From Candidatus Entotheonellaceae bacterium (lineage in GTDB: Bacteria; Tectomicrobia; Entotheonellia; Entotheonellales; Entotheonellaceae): a stretch of 64,000 nt of DNA. The stretch spans positions 224,001-288,000 of the forward strand of contig OZ250173.1 of NCBI GenBank assembly GCA_965238075.1, in the 5' to 3' direction. A program made the translations under genes and the position numbers. This document shows, piece by piece, positions 40,756-50,732 of the stretch. The notes below the pieces were generated by a model that saw nothing but the letters and a program-made list of their open reading frames with translations, was not told where the DNA came from and searched no databases. Within the stretch, counting starts at the first letter, position 1, and each line of letters opens with the position of its first letter.

Positions 40756-40788
40756 GAATGGAACCGCCTCTCCGGGATGACCGCGCGG

Positions 40789-41811
40789 CTAGTCGCTTCC
40801 CTCGCGCCGCAGGTAGAAAAGCTGCCACAGGATGACCAGCCCGAGAATGGGGAACATGAACAGCGCCGCGGCCGCGCCCTCGCCGAGATTGCCGGAGGTC
40901 ATGCCGAGCTGGTAGGCCAGGGTGGCGAGCAGGTGGGTGCTGTTGTGCGGCCCGCCGCGGGTGAGGATGTACACCACCTGAAAATCCGAGAACGTCACCA
41001 CGAACGAAAACACCGTGACCACCACGGCGATGGGTTTGACGAGCGGCAGGGTGATGTGCCAGAACTTCTGCAACTCGTTGGTGCCGTCGATGTTGCCGGC
41101 GTCATACAGTTCCTGCGGCACCGTCTGCAGGCCCGCCAGGAACATGATGGCGAAGAACGGCAGGCCGCGCCAGGCGTTCACCAGGATGATCGAGAACATT
41201 GCCAGCGCCGGACTCCCCAGCCACAGCGGCCCTCTGAAATAGCCCCAGTTCTCCTTCAGCGCGATGCCGAATACGCTGATCTCCATCTGCCACATCCACC
41301 TGAGCGTCCAGTTGAAAACGCTGAAGGTGGCGTCGAACATCCACAGCCACGCCAGGCCGCTGAGAACGGTGGGAACGATGAACGGCAGCAGCACGGTGGC
41401 GCGGGTGAAGCGCGCCAGTCGGAACTTGCGGTTCAGCAGGATGGCGAGCCACATGCCTAACACCATCTTGATGACCGTAGCGGCAACGGTGAAGACGACC
41501 GTGTTCCAGGCCGCCTGGTGAAAGATGTCGCTCCTCAGGAGCTTGGCGAAGTTGGCCAGGCCGACGAACTTGCCCGGCGTGCCGACCAACTTGTCGGTCA
41601 GCGACATCCACACACCCAAAGAGAACGGGTAGGCGATGAACACGACGATCAGCAGCAGGGCCGGCACCATGAGCACGTAGCCGAGCACGGCCTCGTTCTC
41701 CAGCCACAGGCCAACGCGCTTGCCAAACGACAGGCGCGCTCCGGCTTCCAGGGTATCGGATGTTGCGGTTGGGACGGATTGCGAGGTGGATTTCAACGGA
41801 TGTTCCTGCAT
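40789..41811 (-). CDS. Carbohydrate ABC permease (MalF-like)
   Basis: FVGLANF, LAGLQTVPQELYDAGNIDG, LTRGGP. Confidence 0.93.
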   Translation of the reverse strand: MQEHPLKSTSQSVPTATSDTLEAGARLSFGKRVGLWLENEAVLGYVLMVPALLLIVVFIAYPFSLGVWMSLTDKLVGTPGKFVGLANFAKLLRSDIFHQAAWNTVVFTVAATVIKMVLGMWLAILLNRKFRLARFTRATVLLPFIVPTVLSGLAWLWMFDATFSVFNWTLRWMWQMEISVFGIALKENWGYFRGPLWLGSPALAMFSIILVNAWRGLPFFAIMFLAGLQTVPQELYDAGNIDGTNELQKFWHITLPLVKPIAVVVTVFSFVVTFSDFQVVYILTRGGPHNSTHLLATLAYQLGMTSGNLGEGAAAALFMFPILGLVILWQLFYLRREGSD

Positions 41812-41859
41812 GGAGAGGGTGCGCCCGCCGTGTTCGGACCTGGCGGGCGCATCGGCGAA

Positions 41860-43203
41860 CTACCCTTCGTAGATGTTCTTCAATTCCTTCTCCGCCGAAG
41901 CGATGACGCTCTGGGTCGAATCGCCCCGGACCGCCTTGGCGAACAGGTCGACGATGATGTACTTGGCGAACGCCTCCGATGAGTGGCGGTTATACGGCCC
42001 GGCGTACCCGAGGTTGCGGCCGTATTGCGGCAACTCGCGGTAGATGGTGACGGCCGGGTCTTCCACCCACATGGGATGTTCCTGCCACTTCGGCAGCGGG
42101 CCGTTGATGTAGCCCTTGTTGACCAGCAGGAACTTCTCGAAATTGTCGTCCTGGTGAACGAAGCGGATGTAGTCGCGCGCTGCCTCCTTGTTCGACGAGT
42201 AGCGCGTGATGCAGTTGGAGAACGGTCCGACGCCGTGATAGCGTCCGTTCGGGCCCTTGGGAATCAGGAAGTGCCCCAACCGGTCGGCGAAGCCAGGGGC
42301 GACTTTGCGGGGATCGTTGCGGGCTACGAAATAGATGCTGGCGCCGTTCAGGGTGCAGGCGATGGTTTCGGCCAGGAAGGCGCGATTGTTGCTGGTGTCG
42401 TCCCAGGCCAGGCCGCCCTCGTCGCAGGCGGCGGACCAGAATTCCTTGAGGAAATCCACCGCGTTGGCCGTCTCCTTGCTGTTCAGAGCCACCCGCCCAT
42501 CTTCGTCCACTTCTTTGCCGCCGAAGCACCACAACAGGGTGTAGGCGAAGCCGGGTGCATCACCGAAGGTGTGGCCGAGGCTTTGGCCGACCGGCATGCC
42601 GAAGTGTTTCAGCTTTTTGCCGGCTTCCAGGTACTCGTCCCAGGTATCAGGCGGCTCGGCGATACCGACTTCCTCGAAAATGTCCTTGCGGTAGACGTTG
42701 GCACCGCCACCGAAGAAGTTAGGCACGCCGCGATGCACGCCGTTCTCATCACGCACAGCTTCGCGGATGAACTGGTATATCTCGTCGCCGCCGAGCTCGG
42801 TGATAAGGTCGTTGTGATCGTCAAGGCCCGCCGAGTAAAGCAGCGGGTAGTTGGAAAGGAGCTGCAGAATGTCGGGGCCGGTGCCGCCCTCGATGGCCGC
42901 CGTCGCCCTGGCCGGCAGGTCGTTGGCATTGATGTGCTCAATCGTCACCTTGACACCCGCCTGTTTGCCGAATTCCGCCGCCTGGCGGTCGCGCTCGACG
43001 TCAGCCGGGGCGACGAAACTGCTCCACTCCAGGACGTGCAGGGTTCGTTCCTGCCCAAAGGCCGGTGCCTGACCGGTCAGCCAGTTCGTGCCAGCGACGG
43101 CCGCCAAGGCCGCTCCCGCTTTACCCGTGTGCGCCAGGAAATCCCGCCGCCGCATCCGACCGGGGGCCGTTTCACCCCGTTGCTGCGCTGCTTCGTGTGC
43201 CAT
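41860..43203 (-). CDS. Carbohydrate ABC substrate-binding protein, Tat-exported
   Basis: RRRDFL twin-arginine signal; PPDTWDEYLE; WDDTSNNRAF. Confidence 0.9.
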   Translation of the reverse strand: MAHEAAQQRGETAPGRMRRRDFLAHTGKAGAALAAVAGTNWLTGQAPAFGQERTLHVLEWSSFVAPADVERDRQAAEFGKQAGVKVTIEHINANDLPARATAAIEGGTGPDILQLLSNYPLLYSAGLDDHNDLITELGGDEIYQFIREAVRDENGVHRGVPNFFGGGANVYRKDIFEEVGIAEPPDTWDEYLEAGKKLKHFGMPVGQSLGHTFGDAPGFAYTLLWCFGGKEVDEDGRVALNSKETANAVDFLKEFWSAACDEGGLAWDDTSNNRAFLAETIACTLNGASIYFVARNDPRKVAPGFADRLGHFLIPKGPNGRYHGVGPFSNCITRYSSNKEAARDYIRFVHQDDNFEKFLLVNKGYINGPLPKWQEHPMWVEDPAVTIYRELPQYGRNLGYAGPYNRHSSEAFAKYIIVDLFAKAVRGDSTQSVIASAEKELKNIYEG

Positions 43204-43350
43204 GACTCGCCTCCATAAGACGCTCTCGCGCCTGACCTGTCGTGCCCGCCCAGTTGCCTTTGGTGAGTGCTTTAGTATCGCGTTTTCTCTTGCGCTGTCA
43301 AGTCGCTACGCAGTTCCGCAGGTGGCTGGCGGTGAGCAAAAGGGGAGGAA

Positions 43351-44865
43351 TTAAAGGGAGCGGAGAAACTGGAGTATGGCTTCGCGGTCGGCACTCGGCA
43401 GGCGGCGGAAATACGCCTTGGAGTCCTCGGCCTCGCCGCCGTGCCAGAGGATGGCCTCGGCCAGATTGCGGGCGCGACCATCGTGCAGGAAGTAGGTGTG
43501 GCGGTTGACCGTCTGCACGAGCCCGATGCCCCACAGGGGCGGCGTGCGCCATTCGGAGCCCGTGGCTTCGAAATCCGGCCGGCCGTCGGCCAGGGCGGCG
43601 CCCATGTCGTGCAGCAGCAGGTCGGTGTAGGGGTGGATCACTTGCCGCGACAGGTCCGGCAGGCCGGGCACCGCGTCGGTGTGTAAGGTGGATGTGTGAC
43701 AGGCGCTGCACCGCGCCGCGTCGAACAGTTGCCTGCCGCGCCCCACCTCCGGGTTGTGCGGGTCGCGGCGGGCCGGCACCGCCAGGGTACGGTTGTAGAA
43801 GATTACGTGTCCAAGCAGGTCGGCGGACAATTCGGGGCTGCCGCCGTTCAGTGCTTGCCGGCATGCCAGCGCGTTGGGGGGGCAGTTGTCATCGGGGAAA
43901 AAGGACGATGTAATGCCGATGTCACCGAGGAATGCGCCAGCCGCCTGCTGGGCCACGTTGGGCTGATTGGCCTTCCAGCCAAATCGGCCAAGCACCGTCT
44001 GCTGTCGGGCTTTGTCCCAGACCCGATTGGGTCGCCCGGAAATACCGTCGCCATCGGCGTCGTCAGGATCGGCCAGCGCTAGCAGCGCCTCCGCGGGCAC
44101 CGCTTCCAGCAACCCGAGTCCGACGATGGCAGGGGCGACTCGGGGCGACAGCAGGGTGTCCGGGTGCATGGGGCCGTACTTCAGATCGGTGAAAGTGTAC
44201 GTCGGTCTCCTCAGACTGTAGGATTCGCCGTCGCCATACGTGCCGGCATATTCTTCATAAGTTATCACCGCCCTACCCTCGGGCGGCACGCCGTGCACGG
44301 CCAGGCCATTCAACTGGTCGCCGTAGGTCGGTTCGGGCACAACCCCCTGCTGCACGTCGCGGCCCGGAATGCTGAGCCGTACGAGCATCGACAGCATGTC
44401 TTTGCCGGGCTCCGGCGGCTGGCCGCGCCCGTCGTGCAAGTGGCAGGCAGAGCACGAACGGGCGTTGAACAAGGGTCCGAGGCCGTCGCGCGCCGTGGTG
44501 GACGACGGCGCGCTGACCCAATTGCGGTTGAAGAAGGAATTGCCGACGAAGAATTGCGTTTCCTGGTCCGGGGTCAAGTGGGGAAGCGGCTGGCCAAACG
44601 CCTGCCGCGTGGTGGCGAACACGGTCGCCGCGCCGCCGGACAGTGCCTCCGATGCTCCTTGAGCAGAGACTCCGCCCATCAGGACGACCATGGCGAGAAG
44701 GCACCACACGGCAATGAAATGACCTCCCCAAACCGTCGCTCCCGTGAAAGCGGGAGTCCACGTTTGTCGAGGGGCAAGAGCCTGGCCCGGACTCGATCCT
44801 GGAGCCCTGGATTCCGGGTCACGCCCGGAATGCCGCTCGGGGGTTGCCGGACAAGCCATTTTCAT
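43351..44865 (-). CDS. Di-haem oxidoreductase (DUF1111/DHOR) family protein
   Basis: DGLGPLFNARSCSACH, GRFGWKA, CSACH, PYTDLLLHDMG, EWRTPPLWGIG, LHDGRA. The N-terminus derives from a repeat element. Confidence 0.92.
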   Translation of the reverse strand: MKMACPATPERHSGRDPESRAPGSSPGQALAPRQTWTPAFTGATVWGGHFIAVWCLLAMVVLMGGVSAQGASEALSGGAATVFATTRQAFGQPLPHLTPDQETQFFVGNSFFNRNWVSAPSSTTARDGLGPLFNARSCSACHLHDGRGQPPEPGKDMLSMLVRLSIPGRDVQQGVVPEPTYGDQLNGLAVHGVPPEGRAVITYEEYAGTYGDGESYSLRRPTYTFTDLKYGPMHPDTLLSPRVAPAIVGLGLLEAVPAEALLALADPDDADGDGISGRPNRVWDKARQQTVLGRFGWKANQPNVAQQAAGAFLGDIGITSSFFPDDNCPPNALACRQALNGGSPELSADLLGHVIFYNRTLAVPARRDPHNPEVGRGRQLFDAARCSACHTSTLHTDAVPGLPDLSRQVIHPYTDLLLHDMGAALADGRPDFEATGSEWRTPPLWGIGLVQTVNRHTYFLHDGRARNLAEAILWHGGEAEDSKAYFRRLPSADREAILQFLRSL

Positions 44866-44866
44866 A
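44713..44866. repeat. MITE/RPE-like palindromic element inside the 5' end of the DHOR gene
   Basis: Internal hairpins GTCGCTCCCGTGAAAGCGGGAGTCCA, CCTGGCCCGGACTCGATCCTGG and TGGATTCCGGGTCACGCCCGGAATGCCG. Imperfect outer inverted repeats ATGAAATG / CATTTTCAT. Confidence 0.75.
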
Positions 44867-44878
44867 AGGAAGTTCCCG

Positions 44879-46027
44879 TCAGTCGAGCAACACAACCTGC
44901 AGGTTCGCAATGCCGAGAGCGGCGGCGGCGTTGACGATCGCTTCAGCCTGAGCCCGCAGGGCGTGGATCGCCGCCTGCACCCGTTGACGGCCTATCGGCG
45001 TCACGATCTCGCGGTCGAACGGCGGCTGGATGGCGTGCACCGCAGCCGTGGCGTTGCGCATCTGGCGGTGCAGTTCGGCTTTGCGGCCGTCTTGCAGCAG
45101 CGCCAGGATGCCCGGCCCGCTTAGCACCGTGCCGTTGCTGCGCACGTAACGGCCCTTGATGACGTTCTGAATGCCCTGGGCGTTGCGGACGATATCGACG
45201 TGGGTATTGTCGCTGAAGCAGGAATGCTCGTCTTCCTGATCATGCGATTCCAGGGCCACCGCCATGCGCTCGCCGGCCAGCTCGCTGCGGCTCAAGGTGC
45301 CGATGCCGACCAGAATCTGGCGCAAGGCTTCATTCGGCCCCTGGGCCAGAAATGTCGCGCGGTAATTGCCGTTTTGACGCGGCGCCCATTCTTCAACCAG
45401 AGTCTGCAGATCATCGACCAATTGTGACGCCGCGGTATGCAGGAACTGCACGCGCCGCGGCGCTTCCACATAGTCGGAAACTGGACGGGCGCCGGGTCCA
45501 TCGGCGCTCAGGTCCTGCCCCCACAGCAGAAATTCGATGGCGTGGTAGCCGAGGCTGATGTTTTCTTCACCGCCCTGCTCGTTGAGCGCGAGAAGGTGTT
45601 CCTGCGTAATCGGCGCGTCAGGATCATTGATGATGCCGGCGCACGGGTTGCCCTGCACGTAGTCGACGTAGCTCTCGTCCATCGGCCAGGCGTTAAGCTG
45701 GCCCTCCGGCCCGTCAGCGTCGTCGATGGGCCCGCCGTAGAATCTGAACGCTTCGGTCTGGCCGTACGGGATGCGCGCCCGCTTCCAGGCGTTCTTGGCG
45801 GCTTCCAGTGAGGCGGCACTCGGCCGGTCGGTCAACGTTTGCAAGGCGCTCTGCAAGGCGACCGCCCGCCGATAAGAATCCTCGTAGCCAGCGTGCACGA
45901 TGTCGGCATAATGCGCCACCACCTGCTGCACGGTGGCGAGGTCGGCGCCTTCCACCGGCGGACTGGGCGCCAGCCCGGCCAGCAAGAACAGCAAGCAAGA
46001 AACGGAAGCCAGGGAACGTGTTGGCAT
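44879..46027 (-). CDS. Imelysin (M75/IrpA-like) iron-regulated periplasmic protein
   Basis: Signal peptide; AR.PYGQTEAFRF, LNAWPMDE..DYV, GYHAIEFLLWGQD, ELAGERM, QEDEHSCFSDNT. Confidence 0.92.
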   Translation of the reverse strand: MPTRSLASVSCLLFLLAGLAPSPPVEGADLATVQQVVAHYADIVHAGYEDSYRRAVALQSALQTLTDRPSAASLEAAKNAWKRARIPYGQTEAFRFYGGPIDDADGPEGQLNAWPMDESYVDYVQGNPCAGIINDPDAPITQEHLLALNEQGGEENISLGYHAIEFLLWGQDLSADGPGARPVSDYVEAPRRVQFLHTAASQLVDDLQTLVEEWAPRQNGNYRATFLAQGPNEALRQILVGIGTLSRSELAGERMAVALESHDQEDEHSCFSDNTHVDIVRNAQGIQNVIKGRYVRSNGTVLSGPGILALLQDGRKAELHRQMRNATAAVHAIQPPFDREIVTPIGRQRVQAAIHALRAQAEAIVNAAAALGIANLQVVLLD

Positions 46028-46074
46028 GGTTAGGTTCTCCTGCGGACCGGATTGGGGCGGCGGGTTGCGTTTCC

Positions 46075-46106
46075 AATAATGATAGTCACTCTCAATTTCA
46101 AGTCAA
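46075..46106 (-). promoter_or_regulatory. Fur box overlapping the sigma70 promoter of the imelysin operon
   Basis: AATAATGATAGTCACTCTC (46075-46093) matches the GATAATGATAATCATTATC consensus at 15/19 positions. Minus-strand TTGACT-16 nt-TATCAT. Confidence 0.75.
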
Positions 46107-46224
46107 CAGCGAACGCCATTGCGGTTGTCCCTGCCCTTCCGGCGCCGGATCAAAACGCAGGCGTAGTATGCGGTATACTGTGGCCCTTCAACCGTTCGTT
46201 CCTTCCATCTAGGAGAGCTGACCC

Positions 46225-46956
46225 ATGGCGAAGATGACCACGCAGAAAATGCTGACCGAACTGAGCAAGATCGATACGCCGTCAATCACCAATGTGGTGG
46301 CGACCTACCCGAAAAACGACCTCTGTCTCGGCCTCTACAACCCGTGGACCGAGAACTGGTACACCGACGATTCCATCCGCTGCATGTATCCTGAGCTCGG
46401 CGCCAAGGTGGGCTACGCGGTCACCTGTATTTACGGCATGCCCGATCCCAATTTCTCCCGCCTGTCGTTCCTCGACGTTATCGACGCCCTGGACGCCTCC
46501 CCGCAGCCGACCGTTCTCGTTCTGCAGCAGAAGTACCCGCCCGAGATCGCCGGCAAGGTAGGTCTGGCGGGCGAGATCATGGTCACGGCGATGCAGTCGG
46601 TCGGCTGTGTGGGCATGCTTTCCAACGGCCCGTCGCGCGACATTGATGCCATCCGCGCCATGAAGTTCCAGTACCTGCTTAGCGGCGCCTCGGCGGGCCA
46701 TGGCGACATGGCGGTGCATGCGGTCAACGTGCCGGTGAACATCGGCGGCATGGACGTATCGCCGGGCGAAATGGTGCACATGGACGAAAACGGCGCCTGC
46801 AAGTTTCCTGCCGATAAAATTGAGCCGGTGCTGAAGAACGTCAAGGCACTGCTCAAGGACGAGGACGTGCGCATCACGGCGCTGCGCAAAGCCAAAAATG
46901 CGGCGCAGGTCAAAGCCGCGTTTGCCGGGCATTCGTACAGCGAAGAAGACGAGTAG
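46225..46956 (+). CDS. RraA/HMG-aldolase family protein
   Basis: DTPSITN, VGYAVT, GEIM, NGPSRD, V.PGE.VHMDENG. Confidence 0.88.
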   Translation: MAKMTTQKMLTELSKIDTPSITNVVATYPKNDLCLGLYNPWTENWYTDDSIRCMYPELGAKVGYAVTCIYGMPDPNFSRLSFLDVIDALDASPQPTVLVLQQKYPPEIAGKVGLAGEIMVTAMQSVGCVGMLSNGPSRDIDAIRAMKFQYLLSGASAGHGDMAVHAVNVPVNIGGMDVSPGEMVHMDENGACKFPADKIEPVLKNVKALLKDEDVRITALRKAKNAAQVKAAFAGHSYSEEDE

Positions 46957-46982
46957 GCCGGCGCACAGCAGAGGACTCGCAC

Positions 46983-48056
46983 ATGACGGAGCAACACGGC
47001 CTGCGCATCGGCGTGCTCGGCACCGGCTGGGGCACGCGCATCTCGGTGCCGGCCCTGCGCGCCGAGGGCTGGCACGTCGCGGCGCTGTGGAGCCGCAACG
47101 CCGAGCGCGCCTCGAACCAGGCCGCCGAACTGGGCATCCCGTTCGCCACCAACGACGCCTCGGCGCTGATCAATCGCCCTGACATCGACGCCGTGACGAT
47201 CGTCACGCCAACGCCGACGCACCACGACATCTGTCTGGAAGCGTTAGCAGCCGGCAAGCACGTGCTGTGCGAAAAACCCATGGCCATGCGCGCCGACCAA
47301 GCCGAGGCGATGGTGACGGCGGCCGAATCCGCCGGCGTCACGGCGATGATCAACTTTGAATTTCGATTCACGCCGCAGCGCCTGCACATGCAACGGCTCC
47401 TGGCGGATGGCTACGTAGGCCGCCTGCGCCACGGCACGGTGGAGCTGTACTGGGCGCCGCCGCTGGCTGAGCGGGAGTTGAATTGGCGCAGTCAGGCGTC
47501 CATGGGCGGCGGCGTGCTGAACGAGCACGGCTCCCACTACATCGACGGCCTGCACCAGTGGCTGGGGGACATCAGCAGCGTCAGCGCGCGCACCGAGACG
47601 TTCGTGCCGCAGCGCCGCGGCCCCACCTCGGGCGGGCCGGTGCAGGCTGACGCCGACGACTTTTTCACTGCCACGTTCGGCATGGCGCAGGGCGGCGTGG
47701 TGGTGCTGACGCAATCGTGGGCGGCGGCCTTCGGGCAGGGCATGCGCGCCACCCTGGCGGGCTCCGGCGGCATGCTGGTGACGGCGTGTCGGGAAACGAT
47801 GATGTTTGACGGCGAGGTGTGCGGCGTGCCCGCCGGCAGCGACGATCTACAACCGCTCCAGCGTCCGGCGGACATTGCGCCGTTGGACGAACCCGACTGG
47901 CGTATCGGCTCCTCGCGGCGTTTACTGCGCGAGTTTCAGCGCGGCATTCGCGAAGGCTGCTCACCGACCCCGAACTTCGCGGATGGCCTGCGCTGCCAGC
48001 GGGTGATCGACGCCATTCGCGAGTCGGCGCGCAGCGGGCGAACAGTCACGCTGTAG
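46983..48056 (+). CDS. Gfo/Idh/MocA oxidoreductase
   Basis: GVLGTGWG, GKHVLCEKPM, GGGVLNEHGSHYID. Confidence 0.92.
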   Translation: MTEQHGLRIGVLGTGWGTRISVPALRAEGWHVAALWSRNAERASNQAAELGIPFATNDASALINRPDIDAVTIVTPTPTHHDICLEALAAGKHVLCEKPMAMRADQAEAMVTAAESAGVTAMINFEFRFTPQRLHMQRLLADGYVGRLRHGTVELYWAPPLAERELNWRSQASMGGGVLNEHGSHYIDGLHQWLGDISSVSARTETFVPQRRGPTSGGPVQADADDFFTATFGMAQGGVVVLTQSWAAAFGQGMRATLAGSGGMLVTACRETMMFDGEVCGVPAGSDDLQPLQRPADIAPLDEPDWRIGSSRRLLREFQRGIREGCSPTPNFADGLRCQRVIDAIRESARSGRTVTL

Positions 48057-48061
48057 GGGGA

Positions 48062-48454
48062 TCAGCTGCCGTCGCGAACGTCCTTGAACACCTTGCTCGC
48101 CGTCAGCAGCGATTCGCGGACCAACGGCAGGCCGACGTAGCCGGACATGTGGATCAGCACCTCGACCAGTTCGTCTTCGCTCCAGCCCTGGCGCAGCGCC
48201 ATGCGCAGGTGCAGCGCCAATTCCGGGTCGCGTCCGGTGGCGACGTCCGACACCACACACACCAGGGCGCGGGTTTTCAGGTCCAGCCCCGGGCGGGTCC
48301 ACAGGGCGCCGAAAACGGTCTCGGCGGCGAGGTCGCGGAATTTCTGCATGATCGGGTCGCTGTAGGTGGTGCTGTTCATGCTGGCCGCGAACGCCTCGCC
48401 CATCAACTCGCTGCGCAGCGCGATGCCCTTGCGGTACAGTTCACTCTCGGCCAT
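48062..48454 (-). CDS. Carboxymuconolactone decarboxylase family protein
   Basis: FGALWTRPGLDLKTR, ELALHLRMAL, YVGLP. Confidence 0.9.
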   Translation of the reverse strand: MAESELYRKGIALRSELMGEAFAASMNSTTYSDPIMQKFRDLAAETVFGALWTRPGLDLKTRALVCVVSDVATGRDPELALHLRMALRQGWSEDELVEVLIHMSGYVGLPLVRESLLTASKVFKDVRDGS

Positions 48455-48697
48455 GGTGTCTTTCCTTTGTCAAACCGACTGTTCAGGGTCGTGCGGCCAT
48501 TCCCTCCCCTGCTCCGGCGAGGGCGCCGCAGGTGGCGCGTAGGATAGCACAGCGGCCCGCCGGCGGTTGACCCACCGCTGCTTCTCCTCTATCTTGACGG
48601 CGTTCCGCCCCCCGATGCCCTGCACGGCCTCCGGGACCCGCCGGTTCGCCCGCGCTGGCGCCGTGACGACCCAACCACCGCAAGGAGCAGGCAAGGC

Positions 48698-49564
48698 ATG
48701 AAATACGGCGTGGTATTTCCGCAAACGGAGTACGGCAACGATCCGCAGGCCATCAAGGATTACGCCCAGACTGCCGAGGGACTGGGGTACGACTATCTAC
48801 TCGTCTACGACCACGTGCTCGGCGCCCATCCGGACCGCCAGCCCCGGCTTACCGGCCCTTATACCGACGCCCACCCCTTCCACGAACCCATGGTGCTCTT
48901 CGGCTTCCTCGCCGCCGTCACCACCAAGCTGGAACTCGTCACCGGCATTCTCATCCTGCCGCAGCGCCAGACCGCGCTGGTAGCCAAGCAGACGGCGGCC
49001 GTTGACGTGCTGAGCGGCGGACGGCTGCGGCTTGGCATCGGCATCGGCTGGAACTACGTGGAGTACGACGCCCTCGGCAAAAACTTCCGCACCCGCGGGC
49101 GGCAGGTCGAGGAGCAGATCGAGGTGCTGCGCAAGCTGTGGACGCAGCCGCTGGTGACACACCAGACCGACGATCACAACATCGACAACGCTGGCATCCT
49201 TCCCCTGCCCGTCCAACGGCCCATCCCGATCTGGTTTGGCGGCGTTGCCGAGCCGGTTCTGAAACGCGCCGCGCGTCTCGGCGACGGCTGGATGCCGGCC
49301 GGGCGTCTGCCGGATGACGAGATGCGCGGGCACGTTGAGCGTCTGAAGGGTTACCTGAGCGACGCCGGCCGCGACCCGCAGAGCTTCGGCATCGACCCCT
49401 GGATCAGCATCCTGGACCTCAGCCAAGACGTGTGGCGCCAGCGCGTTGAGGCATGGCGGGGTCTCGGCGCCACCCACGTGGCCATCGACACCATGCGTGC
49501 CGGTTTCAAGACGCCGCAGGAACACATGGACGCCATTCGCGCCTTCCGCAACGTCCTTGACTAA
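48698..49564 (+). CDS. LLM-class F420-dependent oxidoreductase
   Basis: AEGLGYD...YDHV, HEP, LPQRQTALVAKQ, DVLSGGRLRLGIGIGWN, RAARLGDGW. Confidence 0.9.
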   Translation: MKYGVVFPQTEYGNDPQAIKDYAQTAEGLGYDYLLVYDHVLGAHPDRQPRLTGPYTDAHPFHEPMVLFGFLAAVTTKLELVTGILILPQRQTALVAKQTAAVDVLSGGRLRLGIGIGWNYVEYDALGKNFRTRGRQVEEQIEVLRKLWTQPLVTHQTDDHNIDNAGILPLPVQRPIPIWFGGVAEPVLKRAARLGDGWMPAGRLPDDEMRGHVERLKGYLSDAGRDPQSFGIDPWISILDLSQDVWRQRVEAWRGLGATHVAIDTMRAGFKTPQEHMDAIRAFRNVLD

Positions 49565-49612
49565 ACGCTGCGTGCCAGGCACCGGCGCAACCGATAGCAG
49601 GGAGCTTCCGCC

Positions 49613-50116
49613 ATGACGCGCAGAAACATCATCGCCGTGGTTCTCGTCGTGATCTCGCTCGTGGCCGTCGTGCCGGGCCTCATCCAGCCGATCATCACCC
49701 TCAGCGCCAACATGATGGGCCGCCAGGTGTTCGCGGAAACCCGCAGCATCCTGCAAACCGCGAAGGACCTGCATGAGTCCGGCAACGACTTGGTTGCCGG
49801 GATGATCCTCTTATTCAGCGTCCTGGTGCCCTTCATCAAAGCCGTGCTGTTGGCCGTGGTGGGAATGCTCAAGCCGACCGTGCCGCTGCGCTACCGCATC
49901 TTCGCCTTCGTACGCGGTATCAGCAAGTGGGCCATGGCCGACGTGTTCGTGGTGGGCGTCTACATCGCCTATCTGTCGGCCAAGGCCACCGACGCGCTCG
50001 ACGCCGAGTTGCACGAAGGTTTTTACTACTTCACCGCCTACTGTCTGATCTCGCTGCTTTCCGTGCAGATCATGCGTGTCGAGCAACCGCAGGAACCGCA
50101 GGCCGGCGGCGCCTGA
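49613..50116 (+). CDS. Stand-alone PqiA (paraquat-inducible A)-like membrane protein
   Basis: SILQ, LFSVLVPFIK, ISKWAMADVFVV, GFYYFTAYCL. Confidence 0.8.
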   Translation: MTRRNIIAVVLVVISLVAVVPGLIQPIITLSANMMGRQVFAETRSILQTAKDLHESGNDLVAGMILLFSVLVPFIKAVLLAVVGMLKPTVPLRYRIFAFVRGISKWAMADVFVVGVYIAYLSAKATDALDAELHEGFYYFTAYCLISLLSVQIMRVEQPQEPQAGGA

Positions 50117-50142
50117 GCTTTTTTTGATGAGAGGAGACCATC

Positions 50143-50673
50143 ATGTCTTCGGCAGACGGAATACTGGCCGCCCTGGAGTGGAACTGGCGTATGGTGGATG
50201 CCACCCTGGCGGATCTCGATGACGCGGCACTGGCGCGCCAGCCGCAGCCGCAGTGCAACTCCATCGCCTGGACCCTGTGGCACATGAACCGGGTGGTCGA
50301 TTCGTTCGTCCATGAGCGGGTTGGCTCCGAGACGCCGCTGTGGCGGCGCGACGGCTGGTGCGAGAAGTACGGCATGAGCAACGAGCCGGAGGAACGCGGC
50401 GCCGGCTGGAGCGCCGACAAGGTTGCCGCTTGGGTGCCGCCGGGCAGAGACATCCAGGTGGGGTATTACGAGGCGGCGAAGGAAGCGGCGCGTGCCCGCA
50501 TTTCCGGGCTCAGCGAGGCCGAGCTGGCAGTCCGCCGCGTCATCCCGCCGATGCCCGAGCCGCGCAGCGTCGCCCAGGCCCTGGGGCAGATAACGTGGGA
50601 CAACATTTCCCACGGCGGGCAGATTTCCTACATCCGCGGCCTGTTCGACGGCATGGGCTGGTATCCGCGGTAA
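50143..50673 (+). CDS. DinB family protein
   Basis: NSIAWTLWHM, SHGGQISYIRG. Confidence 0.85.
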   Translation: MSSADGILAALEWNWRMVDATLADLDDAALARQPQPQCNSIAWTLWHMNRVVDSFVHERVGSETPLWRRDGWCEKYGMSNEPEERGAGWSADKVAAWVPPGRDIQVGYYEAAKEAARARISGLSEAELAVRRVIPPMPEPRSVAQALGQITWDNISHGGQISYIRGLFDGMGWYPR

Positions 50674-50732
50674 GGCCGAACGACCGTAACGTGCGCCGGG
50701 CACCGGCGCCGCACGAAGAAAGGAAATCCGCC

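Noticed and set aside
50097-50127. Terminator after the pqiA-like gene
   Set aside because: A T-run is present, but the stem is only about 5 bp and lies within the coding end.
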